Assembly: GCF_006345805.1 (NCBI RefSeq)
Contig: NC_043000.1
Coordinates: 107,570,001-107,634,000, forward strand
Reading direction: 5' to 3'
Length of the DNA stretch: 64,000 nt
Source: Octopus sinensis
Taxonomy: Eukaryota
Under the pieces are notes generated by a model, which was not told where the DNA came from, made no database searches, and saw nothing but the letters and a program-made list of their open reading frames with translations. Position 1 is the first letter of the stretch. The number at the start of each line of letters is the position of its first letter. Made by a program: the position numbers and the translations under genes. This document shows positions 13,901 through 27,340 of the stretch, piece by piece.

Positions 13901-14784
13901 AATATTCTCCTTATATTTTGTCTTCATTTATGGTTTCTAAACTTGCACAAGTACAAAGGGGATAAGGGAAGATTCAGGACCTATAAACGGAGTATAAAAA
14001 TAATTGCTTAACCGATACAGTCCAAATCAAAGGTATTACAAAATTATTTGGAACTGATAAAACTCACATATCTAGAAGTCAAGAAGAAATTTTTGTTTCA
14101 ATGGTAATTCAGAGGAGGTGCCGTAGGATAAGATGAAGTCCGAAAATAATCTGAAAACTTACCTCGCATAATAGAAGAACAGCATGGAATAAACGTGTTG
14201 AAATGAGTGAAGAAAAGAACAGCATGAATCTTAGAAAGGATGTAATGGAATGACAGAAGAAAACAACGTGAAATGGATTTGTTGGAATGACAGACGAGAA
14301 GAATAATGTGGAATAAATTATTTGGAATGTGGCTATGAATTTGAATGCGACGGCCAGAAAGAAGACTGGCAAGAGATAAACTTTTTACTGAATTAAGATA
14401 TATCGCAGTCGCCGTCGAATAAAATGTCAGCTGTCAGTGATGTGCTTTCGAGTACTAATTGAGACAAAGTTACAACATCTCGACAAAAAGAGGAGAATTA
14501 AAAGAGAATTAAAGGTTGGACTCGTCCGAAATATGTTCTTTTTCTCTATATCAATACTGTGTATATGCTTAAACGATTATTTCGTGAAGAAGTCCAAGGC
14601 AATTTAACTGTCTATGATGATTACACTCGGAGAAAAAATAGGTAAGACCCTACTCATGAAAGACAGAATTCACTAATAGAACTCAGGGAACGCACTATCT
14701 ACGCAAATAGGCAACGTTTGCTAGCTGTATAAATGTAGCCTTGTTATTCTTCATGTAGTTAGTGCTCTATGTTCTACGCAAAAA

Positions 14785-14910
<126 letters not shown>

Positions 14911-14987
14911 AATTCGTGGCGTGGGGAGTAACTCGATAACAACGACTCCAGTGCTCAACTGGTACTTATTATATCGATCCCAAAAGT

Positions 14988-16505
14988 AAAGTGCATTGAA
15001 CAGAATCTTGCCCTATATCATTGCTTTGTTGATTTGAGCAAAGCGTTCGATACTGTTAATCAAAATGCACTGTGGTTAATTCTAAGGAAAATATGTTGCC
15101 TTGAAAAATTTGTAAACCTGATCAGAGCTTTGCATCAAGATATGAAAGCTAGAGTGGTAGGCTCTCTGAATCTTTTGCCATGGAAAATGGAGTAAAGCAA
15201 GGATACCTTGATGCATCCACCCTCTTAGCAATATACTTGGCAGTTGTGTTGTCACACACTTTTCAAAACTCTGAGGAGAGTATTTACATATAATATCGAA
15301 CAGGGAATGTTTTTAATCTGACTAGATTGAAATTCAAAGCGAAGGGTTTTACTTTTATACACTGACGATTGCGATCTTGTCACTCATTCTGAAACAGATC
15401 TGCAATTTCTTGTATTTGCATTTGACTCAGCTTGTGATGATTTTGACTTGACCATCAACTTGAAAAAAACAGTTGTAATGTATCAACTTGCATGTGGTGC
15501 TGTTTGTAACCCCCATAAAAAGTATTTTTGAGGTTGTTGATTCGTTCATCTACCTTGGGAGCACTGTACAAGATGATCGAAGTCTGGATACAGAAATAAA
15601 TCTGCGAATTCAAAGGGCAGCACAAGCATTTGGTAGCTTGGAGTCACACGTTTGGTGCCAGCGACATATAAATAACAATACAAAGTTGGTTCTTTAAAAC
15701 TCATTTGTCTTACCATCCTTGTTTATTATTGTGAAACATAGACATGTTATAAATGATATTATAAATTGTTCGAACAATTCCACCAAAAATACCTTCATCG
15801 CATTTTAAACATTAAATGGGGTTCTTTTACACCAAACATAGATGTTCTTGCATCTGCAGGCATCACCTCAAAGCTATGATTTTGAGAAACCAAATGAGAT
15901 AGTGTGGCTATATTGTTCGAATGGCGGATGAACGTACGCCCAAACAGCTGTTTTATGGTGAACTTGCAGAGGGGAAACTCTATAGGTATAAGCCTAAAAA
16001 CAGGTTTAAGGATGGCATAAGGACTACTATGAAGCCACTTGGAATGAATCTAGAGGACATAGAAATGCTTGCTTCGGAGTAAGCGGTATGGCGAACAAGA
16101 GTGCGGAGTGGAGTGAAAGCGTTTGAAGAAGCCATGATTACACATGCAAGACTCAAGAGAGATTTAAAGAAGAATGTTACGATCGAGAAGGTGAATCACA
16201 ATGACCTTCTTGTGTGCAGTTTGGGACAGACCATGTCTTTCTTTTGCTGGACTGAAATCTCATTTGCGAACCCATGGAAAACGAACCTGAACCCACTATT
16301 CTGCCTATATGTCTGTGCACACCTTTCAATGCAATGCATGCCAGAAGGTTTGCAAATCTTATGGAGGCTTCAAAAGACATTTTAAGATCCACAAAAATCA
16401 GAACTTATCTGAAGCTCTTGGTGGTCCAAATCGGATATGCAATCTATGTGGGTGTCTTTTCAATACAATGTCTGGTTTAAAAAGCCACATCAGATGCCAT
16501 GATGT
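14988..16505 (+). pseudogene. RTE-clade LINE, decayed RT with three C-terminal C2H2 zinc fingers
   Basis: FVDLSKAFDTVN, GVKQG, LLYTDDC (YADD box), FIYLGST, RTPKQLFYGEL; then fingers ...CLSFAGLKSHLRTH, CNACQKVCKSYGGFKRHFKIH, CNLCGCLFNTMSGLKSHIRCH. Several stops and frameshifts. Confidence 0.9.
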
Positions 16506-17380
16506 TCTTCTGGAGCAAACGACAACAGTAGTATCGTCCTCTATGGGACCACCACATTCAGCTGGCAATTGTATTTTACGATTCCGTACTGCTACTCTTT
16601 ACTTCTCGCTCAGAGATTTAATATTGCGTATTGTATATTATATATATATATACCCAATCATGGTAGCTTTCTAAAAAGAGAATATTCTGGGATGCATATA
16701 GGCTCAGATCAAACGGGACACTTCAGTAATGTAGTGTATGGAGAGTATGTCTATGGTATGTCTTTTTGTCTTGTTACCATTAACAGATATTGAAGGTAGT
16801 CCATGTCAAGTGCTATCTTCTAAGAAGTACCTTCACGATTCTGTTGAACACTTTCAGATTTTAAATATTGTAGAGTTAAAATGATAGAGCAAAATCTATA
16901 TCTGCTAAATATTCATATGACGAAAGATTTTTCCGTGATTAGCAATTCAATAATTATTGAATGAATTAAAATAATTAATCATTTATATTTTTAGAAATAG
17001 TAGCAATTTATGAAAATAATTTGAATAATACAAAACATAAATTATTCTCAGAATAAAAAGAAATACTAGTCAACATATAAAGAGAATTAGTTTGCTGGCA
17101 CACAAAGATAATGACTGAAACCAGTCTTTGAAAATGCCAAAGGCAGTTGTGTTTTTGTTCTGATATATAGAGCGTATCAAACTGAAATACTCCAAATTTA
17201 TCATTTAGCATTTAATTGTTTCAGGCATTGAACTACGATCATACTGGGATCCCGCGTTGAGAGGTTTTAGTCAAACAGATCGACCCCAGTAATTATTATT
17301 AAAAAAAAAAAATTGGTACTTATTCCCGTTGAAGTTACTAAGCCTTGTGTTGGATAAACACAAACAGAAAGATACACACA

Positions 17381-17544
17381 TAGGCGTAGGAGTGGGTGTG
17401 TGGTAAGTAGCTTTCTTACGAACCACACGGTTCCGGGTTCAGTCCCACTGCGTGACACCTTCGGCAAGTGTCTTATAATATAGCCTCGGGCCGACCAAAG
17501 CCTTGTAAGTGGATTTGGTAGACGGAAACTGAAAGAAGCCCATC

Positions 17545-17597
<53 letters not shown>

Positions 17598-17698
17598 GAG
17601 GGCATTATACATACATGCCAGAGAGCATTATACATACATGCCACACGCTAAGAGGGACAAGTTTTCCTTATTAAGTAGTTGTCCTTAATTGCTATATA

Positions 17699-17750
<52 letters not shown>

Positions 17751-17979
17751 GTATGTGTGTGTGTGTGTGTGTGTGTGTTTTTGTGTCTGCGTTTGTCCCC
17801 CCAACATCACTTGATAACCGATGCTGGTGTGTTTACGTCCAGTAACTTAGCGGTTCGGCAAAAGAGACCAATAAAATAAGTACTAGGCTTACAAAGAATA
17901 AGTCGTGGGGTCGATTTGCTCGACTAAAAGGCGGTGCTCCAGCATGGCCACAGTCATATGACTGAAACAAGTAAAAGAG
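17381..17979 (+). mobile_element. tRNA-derived SINE (family A) with expanded internal microsatellite
   Basis: Head ggcgtaggagtgggtgtgtggtaagtagc...ggttcagtcc and tail gactgaaacaagtaaaagag; same family as 58397-58807. Confidence 0.85.
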
Positions 17980-18877
17980 TGCATACATAGATACACACAG
18001 ACACAGAGACACACGCATGAACGCACGCACTCAAACACTGGGTTTCCTCACAATTTCCGCTTACGAAGTTCACTCACAAGTATTGCTCAGCTCAGGGCTA
18101 TAGTTTATGTTTATCTCCTTGGTGGGAGATGGGCTAAATCCTGAAAGTACTGCTATACCAGGCCAACCCGTGGCAAAGGCGGAGAAGGTCTTTGTGCCAG
18201 GTGTTGCGCAGTGAGATCGAACCCGAAACCATGGAGTTGCTAGGCGAGCTTAAAGAATTGGTATCAGTATCACAATCTACTTTTTCCATTGGTATTGCCG
18301 GATCAAATACGCAATAATCATGTAAATATAGTTAGCGTAAGGTAAATAATAATGCTATATTCTTTAAACTATCATAACATGGAATTCAACAAAGGTCATG
18401 TTTGGTTTAACATTATTAACATGACCAACTAATGTAACATTGTGAGCGACGTGAACATAACATATCCTGATTGTATGATTCTTATCGATTTCTTACCAAT
18501 CACAGTAAAATCTATCTTATTGTCATATGCTTGACTACCACTCTATATTGACTTACGGATATTATTTCACTACATAGGTAGTTTTATTTACAGAATTTGA
18601 TTGATTTATCGATCTATCGTTCGCAATCGTATTAAACAAATGGAAGAAAATTCTTCAGTTGGAGATTTTAAAACAGTTGAAAGATGTTTGAAATTGGTTA
18701 AATTAGAAATGATATTCTGGTGTAGAATCAATGTTGTATGCGTTCATGATATTGTACTCTTCACAGATTCGAAGTCGTTATTTAGATTCATAGTTCAGGG
18801 ATGGAAATTATGATATGATAATATTTGTACTTGACAAATACACGAACCATTTAAAATTCTTCAGTGATTATATAAAA

Positions 18878-19503
18878 CTAGTAGCTAAGCCCGGTTTCAC
18901 CCGGTCTGTTTGGAGGATATGGCTATGATCGTTTTCCTTTAGGTATAATCTATAACAGTGTTTCTCAACCTTATCATTTCGAGTCCCCTGTTTCGATTGG
19001 AGCCTTCCCCTTGTCAGAAAACAGCTTCAGGAGTTGTGAAGAAAGAATTTGTACGTAGTTTGTTTCTGAGAGCTATTCTATTGTCTAATCATTAAAACAT
19101 TGATTTGAAATGGATGTGTGTGTGTGTATGTGTGTTTGCGTGTATGTGTGTGTGCATGTGTGCTTGCGCGTGTGAATGTGAGAGAGAAGAAAGACAGCAT
19201 AGCTAAAGTCTTGGTTGACTATCATCCTGTACTCCCCTTGTTGCTAGCGAAATGGTATATGCCGGCTGTGTGAGCAACTGGTTGTTTCAATGGCGGAACA
19301 AACATCGAAATTCCATTAGAAAAGTTTTAATCGATTTTCTCGGTAAGTATGGGGGCTAGGGAAAAAATACAAACCGCATTCCAATGTATGCACCCGTCTG
19401 CACATGTGTGCCATTTTTCACGCGAATCCACTCAGCCGTTTGGCTGTGAACATCAAGACAAGAAAGAATACAACGATCGCCCATGTCCATATTATATTAT
19501 AGA
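18878..19503 (-). mobile_element. Non-autonomous Helitron
   Basis: Minus strand starts TC (19503-19502) and ends CTAG (18881-18878) with subterminal hairpin ccgg-gtgaaa-ccgg; inserted between A and T with no TSD. Confidence 0.7.
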
Positions 19504-20555
19504 TAATTCGCGTTACACAACACATGACGAGTAAATTTGGAAGTGTAAACTATAAATAATAGCGTGCAGAATATTAGGTTAAAAACCTTGGATGGAAAGG
19601 CAACCTTTAATCTGTTTTCTATCAAAGAATATTTTCGACCCAGTACCATGCTACATGTTATAATTTTTAACTGTATCGACCTCGAGTTCCATTGTTAAAA
19701 ATAATTTTCTTCTGATCTTTAGTTGAATACATTACACTTTTCGTCTGACACTAGTGTCACTCAAAATAGATGTTGGCATGGAGACTATCACGCTTATATT
19801 TGCTCGCCTAAAATACAGGATTGTTCTCGTTCATTAAAAGTTTGCAACAAATAATTACAAAAAGACAATCCGAAACGAAAACAATATATATTCTTATATT
19901 CTTGGATTTAATATCCGACGTGGGTAGAAATATATTCGTAGCAAGCTGAGTTCACCGTCTGATTTCAGTTTCTTGCTTGCATTTCATATTTCCTTAAGAT
20001 TTAGTCAGTGGTAGAAAGACTAGCGTATGTACCAAGGAATGACTGTTAAACCAACCGGCAAAGTAAATCTTTCATCATTACTGTATCTAAAAAAGAAATC
20101 AATATTATATAAGGAATGCACATGCCTTTTGAGTGTGTACATTAGATTGTGACTCGAGTCCTTTGTATTAAAATGAAAGGGGAGATTGAATATAAGGAAA
20201 TTAATATTATCTGTCGAATGGAGAGATCATAGTAGAGCAATAGTAAGTATTCAAAGTTTTCAAATCCCACTGGAGACTAGATCATATAAACCTTTGGAAG
20301 AAGCTCAAATGATAAGTTGTGCTGCGCGATAATTCCGTTTTGCAAAGTTTTATAAACTGGAAAGCGTCGAAATCGTGTTTCTATTTAGATGCTATAGATT
20401 TTAATTAAATGCTATATTCATATATATTTACACGCTGATATCCAACTGAGAGAATGTGTGCTCAACACCACATTCTCAGGCTTGAACAATTGTGAAGATG
20501 TCTTTGCATGAAACCGTTGGTCACTTTTTTAATCCACAAATTATATTATATTATA

Positions 20556-20557
<2 letters not shown>

Positions 20558-20641
<84 letters not shown>

Positions 20642-20643
20642 TG

Positions 20644-20689
<46 letters not shown>

Positions 20690-20773
20690 TATACATATAT
20701 ATATATATACATATATATATAAACATACATATATACATATATATATATATGTATATATGTATGTTTATATATA

Positions 20774-20820
<47 letters not shown>

Positions 20821-20827
20821 TATATAA

Positions 20828-20881
<54 letters not shown>

Positions 20882-20905
20882 TATATATATATACACATAT
20901 ATATT
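20558..20905. repeat. (ATAC)n/(AT)n microsatellite
   Basis: Directly visible. Confidence 0.95.
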
Positions 20906-21073
20906 TATATCTCGAAAACTCAACTGTCAAGTTAAATACATTTTTAAATCTGACGATTATTACGAACGTATGATAGCGTTAATTGAACGTTATGAATATT
21001 ACAATACTTCGACATTGTAAAAAAACAATTTATACAATAATAAAAAAACGTGAACATTAGACTATGTTATAAA

Positions 21074-21110
<37 letters not shown>

Positions 21111-22879
21111 GTAAATGTCGAACGATAGAAATGATTGCTAAGCACCGCATTGGTGGATAACAATTCTTTATTTGTGTATTAAGGCTACCATTGATTTCAT
21201 GAAAATATCGTAAAATCTAATTTTCAAGCCGATCACATGGAGGAATGATGTTCGTCTCCATCTTGGATTAACACACGAAAATTAACGAGATTTCACGATG
21301 AAGTCTCGTAAACAAAACAACGAATTCAAGGGGTGCTACTCTTGGACGTTACCCTTTGACTGATTACCTCCCTCGGGTGTGACTTCTGAAGAAAACTGTC
21401 CTAAATAATGAATTCGTTTATACTATATTACATCAGGGTTTTCTCCCTAATGTTTAAAATACCATCATTCGACTAGATGTAATACAGAGCATACATCTGT
21501 TGCCCCATCGCCTGTATTTTCTGGCTCTAGCAATAATGTCCCATGTTATCTGAGGGTTGTTTGCTACTTCTTTATATATATATTATACTAAAAGTCTAAG
21601 GGATGTTTAGTTGCCCCTTTATTATAGCTGAAACAATCTATTATACACTCTAGTTTGTTTTATATCCAGCCTTTTAATCATATATTTTTATGCAGTGGAA
21701 ATCTTTGTGGGTTTTATGAAGTCTATACTGTTGGAAATATTCGGATATTATTTTTCGGACAAATTTATTAGCAAGAACTGTCATGGTGGCTTAGCACACA
21801 CATACAGACTGCCCCTCTCTCTGCCACACACACATAGAATACACGCATATATAGACAAATACCCACATTGTCATTCTCACGTACCTTCTCTTTATCTCTC
21901 ACACACACATAAACTCTCTCTCTCTCTCTCAGACAGGATCCGTTTATATTGTTGATATGCTGCATGACCAAGGGTTGTTTTTACGATCTTCATTTGCTTT
22001 GACTTCAAAGATAATATGAATATCGTAAATATTATTGTTAATATTTACAGTTCAATTTATTATTTTGAAATTTTTGTTTTGTCAAGTCTAGAATTCTTGG
22101 AAATATTCAAATGGAATTTTATACATACAATTCGTTTCAATATTTATTTATTCAATAAAAATTTAAAAACAAACACTGTTTCTCACTTTCACACATACAA
22201 CACACAAATATACACACACAAATACACACACACATACAGCACTCACTGTTTCTTTCATGCACACACTCACATAAACATAGAGCATACACACATCCTCGCA
22301 AACACACACACACACACACACACATACACACACACACAGCACACACTGACTCTCTCACACACACATATAACACAGACTGTCATTCATACACACAGTACAC
22401 TCACACCGTACACACAGTAGACACACACATACTGTCTCTCTCACACACGCATATAGCTCACATACTCTCTCAAACACATACATCGCGCGCGCACACACAC
22501 ATACACTTACACATATACCGTCACTTTCATACTTACATAGATACAGTATTTGGAGTAGATTATTTATCATGTCGTGTTACAAACTCCTTTCCTTACAGTT
22601 CAAGTTTTCATTATTCATAATTCCTTCTTTCGACTTGCATCACTTTGTTGATTTCTTTTGACTTTTCTAATGCATTGTTATATAGAGAAATACACATTTA
22701 TCAATTATCCCATTTGGAAAGGGAAGAAGTCAAGAGACGATGCGAAACGGTATCGGGAAGTGTCAATGGAAAGGAGACCATAAAAAAAACACCTACGATG
22801 ACGGCAGCAGAGTTAAGAAATAAAGGGGAGAAGGATACAATGAGGACAAGAGAGGAATACATTGCCCCAGGATGTGAGA

Positions 22880-23620
22880 CAAAGAATAGCAGAAACTTGG
22901 ATCCTCTAAGGCTTTGCAATGGAACACGGTTGACCGTACAAGAAAAAGCACAAGAATCTAATCATAGCAAAGACAAATGTTGGTGCATTAAAAAAATTAT
23001 TCCGACATGAATCCTAGAATTTCTTTCAAATTTTGGCACTGGGCCAGCAATTTCACTGGAGGGGTAAGTCGATTACATCGACCCCAATATCCAACTGGTA
23101 CTTATTTTATCAACCCCGTAAGGATAAAAGGAAAAGTGGAGCCCAGCGGAATTTGAACTCCGAATGAATCTTATAATTAAGTTTAATTGATTAAGACAGT
23201 AGTTCCCAAACTTTTTAGAGTCGCGACCCACTATTTATCACACCAGTTTATGACGACCCACTTAACTCTACTGAGTATCTCGATAGACAGCAGTTAATCA
23301 AAGCTAATGCGTAATTTTATAACTTTTTGCGACCCACTAAGATTCTGTTCGCGACCCATTTGTGGGTCGCGGCTCATAGTTTGGGAACCACTGGATTAAA
23401 ATGTATCTATCCTACGGATCAAGTGCCCGGTTCCGTGATGTTTTAGAATGACTAGACATACAGCACTGGTGCAGACTATGTAGGATATCTTTATTTTGAG
23501 AAACCTGTATTTCAGCATGGCTAGCTGTATGTGGCTTTAAACTGGGGAATAATGAATGAAAATTTTGGAAGGAAGACAGCTCTGCCAGAAATGTTGCTAT
23601 ACAGAGCGTTCTCTTTAAAC
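22880..23620 (+). pseudogene. Helitron PIF1-like helicase C-terminal fragment, interrupted by a SINE and a MITE
   Basis: RNLDPLRLCNGTRL; after the insertions RIKCPVP*CFRMT...QT (like QFPVRL.FAMT...QGQT) and KPVFQHG*LYVAL (like PVFSHGQLYVA). Confidence 0.75.
23197..23393. mobile_element. hAT (Charlie-like) MITE
   Basis: TIRs cagtagttcccaaact / agtttgggaaccactg; 8-bp TSD gattaaga / gattaaaa (7 of 8 match). Confidence 0.85.
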
Positions 23621-23685
23621 AACCAAGAATTATAGTTACCTTTCTACTTTAATGCGGAAAGCATTATCAGTACCATACAGACGAA

Positions 23686-23731
23686 ACACACACACACACA
23701 CACCACACACACACACACACCACACACACAC

Positions 23732-23791
<60 letters not shown>

Positions 23792-23991
23792 TACACACAC
23801 ACACAAACGCACACACACACACACATGTTTAAGTATTCAAGTACTATAATTCCATTGCAACAAACTGGTAAACATTTGAGAGAATTATTTAGTGAAACTG
23901 AGGGTTTGGCCCTTGACCAATTTTCACGATAGCTTGCACGGTGCATGCGAGTAAGTGAGTGTGTACGTGAGAGAGAGAGAGAGAGAGAGAG

Positions 23992-24067
<76 letters not shown>
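23686..24067. repeat. (CA)n and (GA)n/(GATA)n microsatellites
   Basis: Directly visible at about 23686-23825 and 23968-24067. Confidence 0.95.
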
Positions 24068-24070
<3 letters not shown>

Positions 24071-24614
24071 TATCCTAAATTTCAAATGGAAGTGAAGAGT
24101 AAATAAGACGATGGAACGCAGTGAAAATGTAATTGTTAACACGCTGCTTGCTGTTTGACGAAGGAAAATACTGAATGCATCTTTATCCGGTTTACCGCAC
24201 AATATTTAACCTTCAGAAAGCAAGTCCACACGTATAATGAAGGATATAATTACTTAGAGATGTCTATACTGAGCCATATGAAACTTAGCGTTATTCTCAT
24301 AAACGCAGTGCAATGTGGTAGAAGAACACGAAGATTCCAGTCTTTCAGTCGATTGGTTAGATTCTAACCACTTAACCAAGCAGAGAAATGTTAACGTATT
24401 TAATATAACGAGCGTGATAGCTTTAAGTAATCGAGTATTATTGTTTTATTTTATAGACAAATTTGCGTTTTTAATGTCGTTTTCAAAATGGCCGAGTGAA
24501 TTCACCTATTGTTGGCAACTCAAACATGATAACAACAAGCAGAAATATAAGCAGAATATCTTATAAAAAGAGGTGAATCATAACCTCGTATATAACCTGT
24601 ATGTATTGATTTCA

Positions 24615-25480
24615 TATTTTGGCCCAAGCCAGCAACTTCAGGGGAGAGTGTGAGTCAATTGCATCGACCCTAGGGCTCAACTGGCATTTATTTTATCGAC
24701 TCCGGAAGGATGAAAAGCAAAGCTGGCCTCGGCGGAATTTGAACTCAGAACGTAAAGACAGACTAAATGCTGCTAAGCTCTTTGCCCCGCGTACTAACAA
24801 TTCTACCAGCTAGCTGCCTTTCTTTCCTCTTTTATATTAAGGTAAATCTTATTAATGCCAATTGTAGATAAAAGAAAATGTATAGAAGTTAGTAATATAT
24901 GAAAATACTAATTCAGTTAAGGAACACGAGGTTATTTTTTTGTTTGGTACTTCCTCACGAAGATGCATACAGGGGATCAGTTGAGCTGTGTGCTAACAAA
25001 TTACTCCGTGTGTTGAACTCAAAACTCAAGCTAAAAGAATCGCAATGAGTTATAACTACTCTGCTGTCTTCGGTATTGTTCTTAAACTAGAGACAATGAT
25101 CCTACCCTACCCTAAACGTTCTGTATTCAAATTCCACCTAAGTCGACTTTGCCTTTCATCCATTAGTGATCGATAAAATAAACACCAGTTGAACACTGGA
25201 GTCGATGTAATCGACCAAGCCACTCCTCAGAAATGGCCAAAATCTAAAACCAATATTTGTCTCTGGGAAGTCGGTGAGCTGGCAAAATCGTTAGCACGCC
25301 GGGCAAATTACTTAGCGGCATTTCGTCCGTCTTTGCGTTTTGAGTTCAAATTCTGCATGGGGCCGACTTTGCTTTTCCTCTTTGTGGGGTCGATAAAACA
25401 AGTACCAGTTTATCATTGGGGTCGATCTAATCGATTTACCCCTTCTCCTAAAACTGCTGTCCGTGTGCCAAAATATTTGT
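24615..25480. mobile_element. Family-B SINE copies (minus 24615-24820; plus about 25120-25250 and 25270-25480)
   Basis: Shared core gagttcaaattcc...gactttgcctttcatcc...gtcgataaaa. Confidence 0.75.
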
Positions 25481-25789
25481 TTCAGTAAGTTCAGTACAAC
25501 CATCTCTGATTCTATAATTTCGTCGACATTACGTTATACGAGTTATTGTTTTAAACGTTACAGGTATTTTAAAATATATGGGTAGTTTTATATTACACTG
25601 AACTGAAAACAACTTCTACGATGGATTAATAGTTAAATCCACCAAGAGAGAACATGACAATAAGCAATGTTAAAATATTAGTTCTTACTTAACTTGGACA
25701 CGGCAACACGAATCGAAAATTGGGTGAAAGTGCAGAAACTGAACAGTCCCGAAGAAGGTGAGGAACTGCAATGAACATGTGTTTTTTTT

Positions 25790-26400
25790 TAAAATTTATA
25801 TTGTATTTTGCTCCTGGGTATGAAGAGTATTGTCTTGCTTGTTTAATTTGTAACGAATATTTGGTGAATTAAGTATAAAAACCAATTAAATTTAAAAGAC
25901 ATCATGATACGAGACAAGACACGGTGTTTGATTACTGAAAGTTTCAGTACTAAAACAATTTTTTGAAAACCGTTCTCTGATTCACGACAAATACTTGATG
26001 ATATCATGCGAAGCCTCACACTTAATTACAAAAGCTAAGAAGCCAAACACAATTGGCGAAGAACTTGTGTTGCCAGCGGCATATAAGAATCACAGAAATT
26101 ATTCTATCAGAGATCGATGCAGAGGTAATAAGAAAAATTTCATTGTTAAATGATACGATCTATGAAAGAATTGTAGAATGAGCAATAACCAATTTGTGCA
26201 ACTTATTTAAAGAATTAAAAGAACTACTAAAGAGAGGATACATTTGGATGTTTTGAAGAACATTACGCATGTTTCTTAACTTTTGGTATATTTCTCAGCT
26301 ATTCGTACAAAATTTGTGCAGGAGGACTTACAACATTGCCAAGCATTGGACGGATATACAAAATCTGAAAATGTTTTTTCCTCGGCAATGACAGGAAAAT
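25790..26400 (+). pseudogene. hAT (Buster/ZBED5-like) transposase N-terminal fragment
   Basis: KPIKFKRH; ASHLITKAKKPNTIGEELVLPAA...IRKISLLNDTIYERI (like IAK.KKPHTIGE.LILPA...I..I.LS..TV.RRI). Confidence 0.75.
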
Positions 26401-26916
26401 AGACATTGAAGTTAGAATTAAATCTGTCGGCTGAAATCCGTGAATACCATTGAGAGGTATTAGGGGCTAAAAATATTTCTTCACTGTTAAAGGCGGTAAA
26501 GCTATAATAAGATATCTTTGATCTATTGTTTCAGTTGTTGGCTTACGGCTATGCTGGGGCACCGCTATGGAGGACTATACTCCAACAGATCGACCCCAGT
26601 ATTAATTGTTTTTTAGTCTTGTACTTATTTTATGATCTTTTTTTCACTGCTAAGTTATAGAGATGTAAACAAGCCAAAATCGGTTGTGAAGAGGCGGACA
26701 AAAACAGGCACAAAAACACGAACACACAAAGTTTCCGTCAACCGAGTTCACAACCTACTATAGCCCGGAGCTATAATAGGTGACACATATCCAAAGTGCC
26801 GCCCAGTGGGACTGAACTTGAAACCACGTGGCTGCAAAGTGATTTTGCCCGTGAAATAATTTGCGTTTCAATTCTAGTAGACAGATCATAATCGAATATT
26901 TTCTATGTATGGAAAT

Positions 26917-27340
26917 ACATCCATCCATCTTCTCCGCCTAATATTCTTGTGAGGGTCATGAGGTTATAATCTTCCGGTACTTCTTCCATAGGATCCTACC
27001 GGAAGTAACGGTCATTACACTTTCCGGCTGGATTACCAAGCCTGATTAACTGAGACTATGGATATTTTCCAACTGTCTCGTTCTTGGTCTGCTTCTAGGT
27101 TTCCTGCCAGCTGGCTCGGCTCGGCTTGAATAATCCGTCTTGGCTTTCTTGTGATATTTTAATAACGTGTCTGTAGTATCGGTGCAGTGACCTCTGTATG
27201 TAGCGGCTTGGCCTGGAGAGACTTCTTGATCTTCTAGTTGCTCATCTTGCCCAGTAACGTTTCTCCAAAGATCCTCCGGAGAAATTCTGTTCCTACCGCT
27301 TGTTTTCGCGATCGTACTCTTTTCATTATTACCCAACAGA
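26917..27340 (-). mobile_element. RTE-like LINE 3' fragment
   Basis: QAVGTEFLRRIFGETLLGKMSN and GRKPRSRPRTR; gatggatggatg tail near 26917. Confidence 0.6.
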
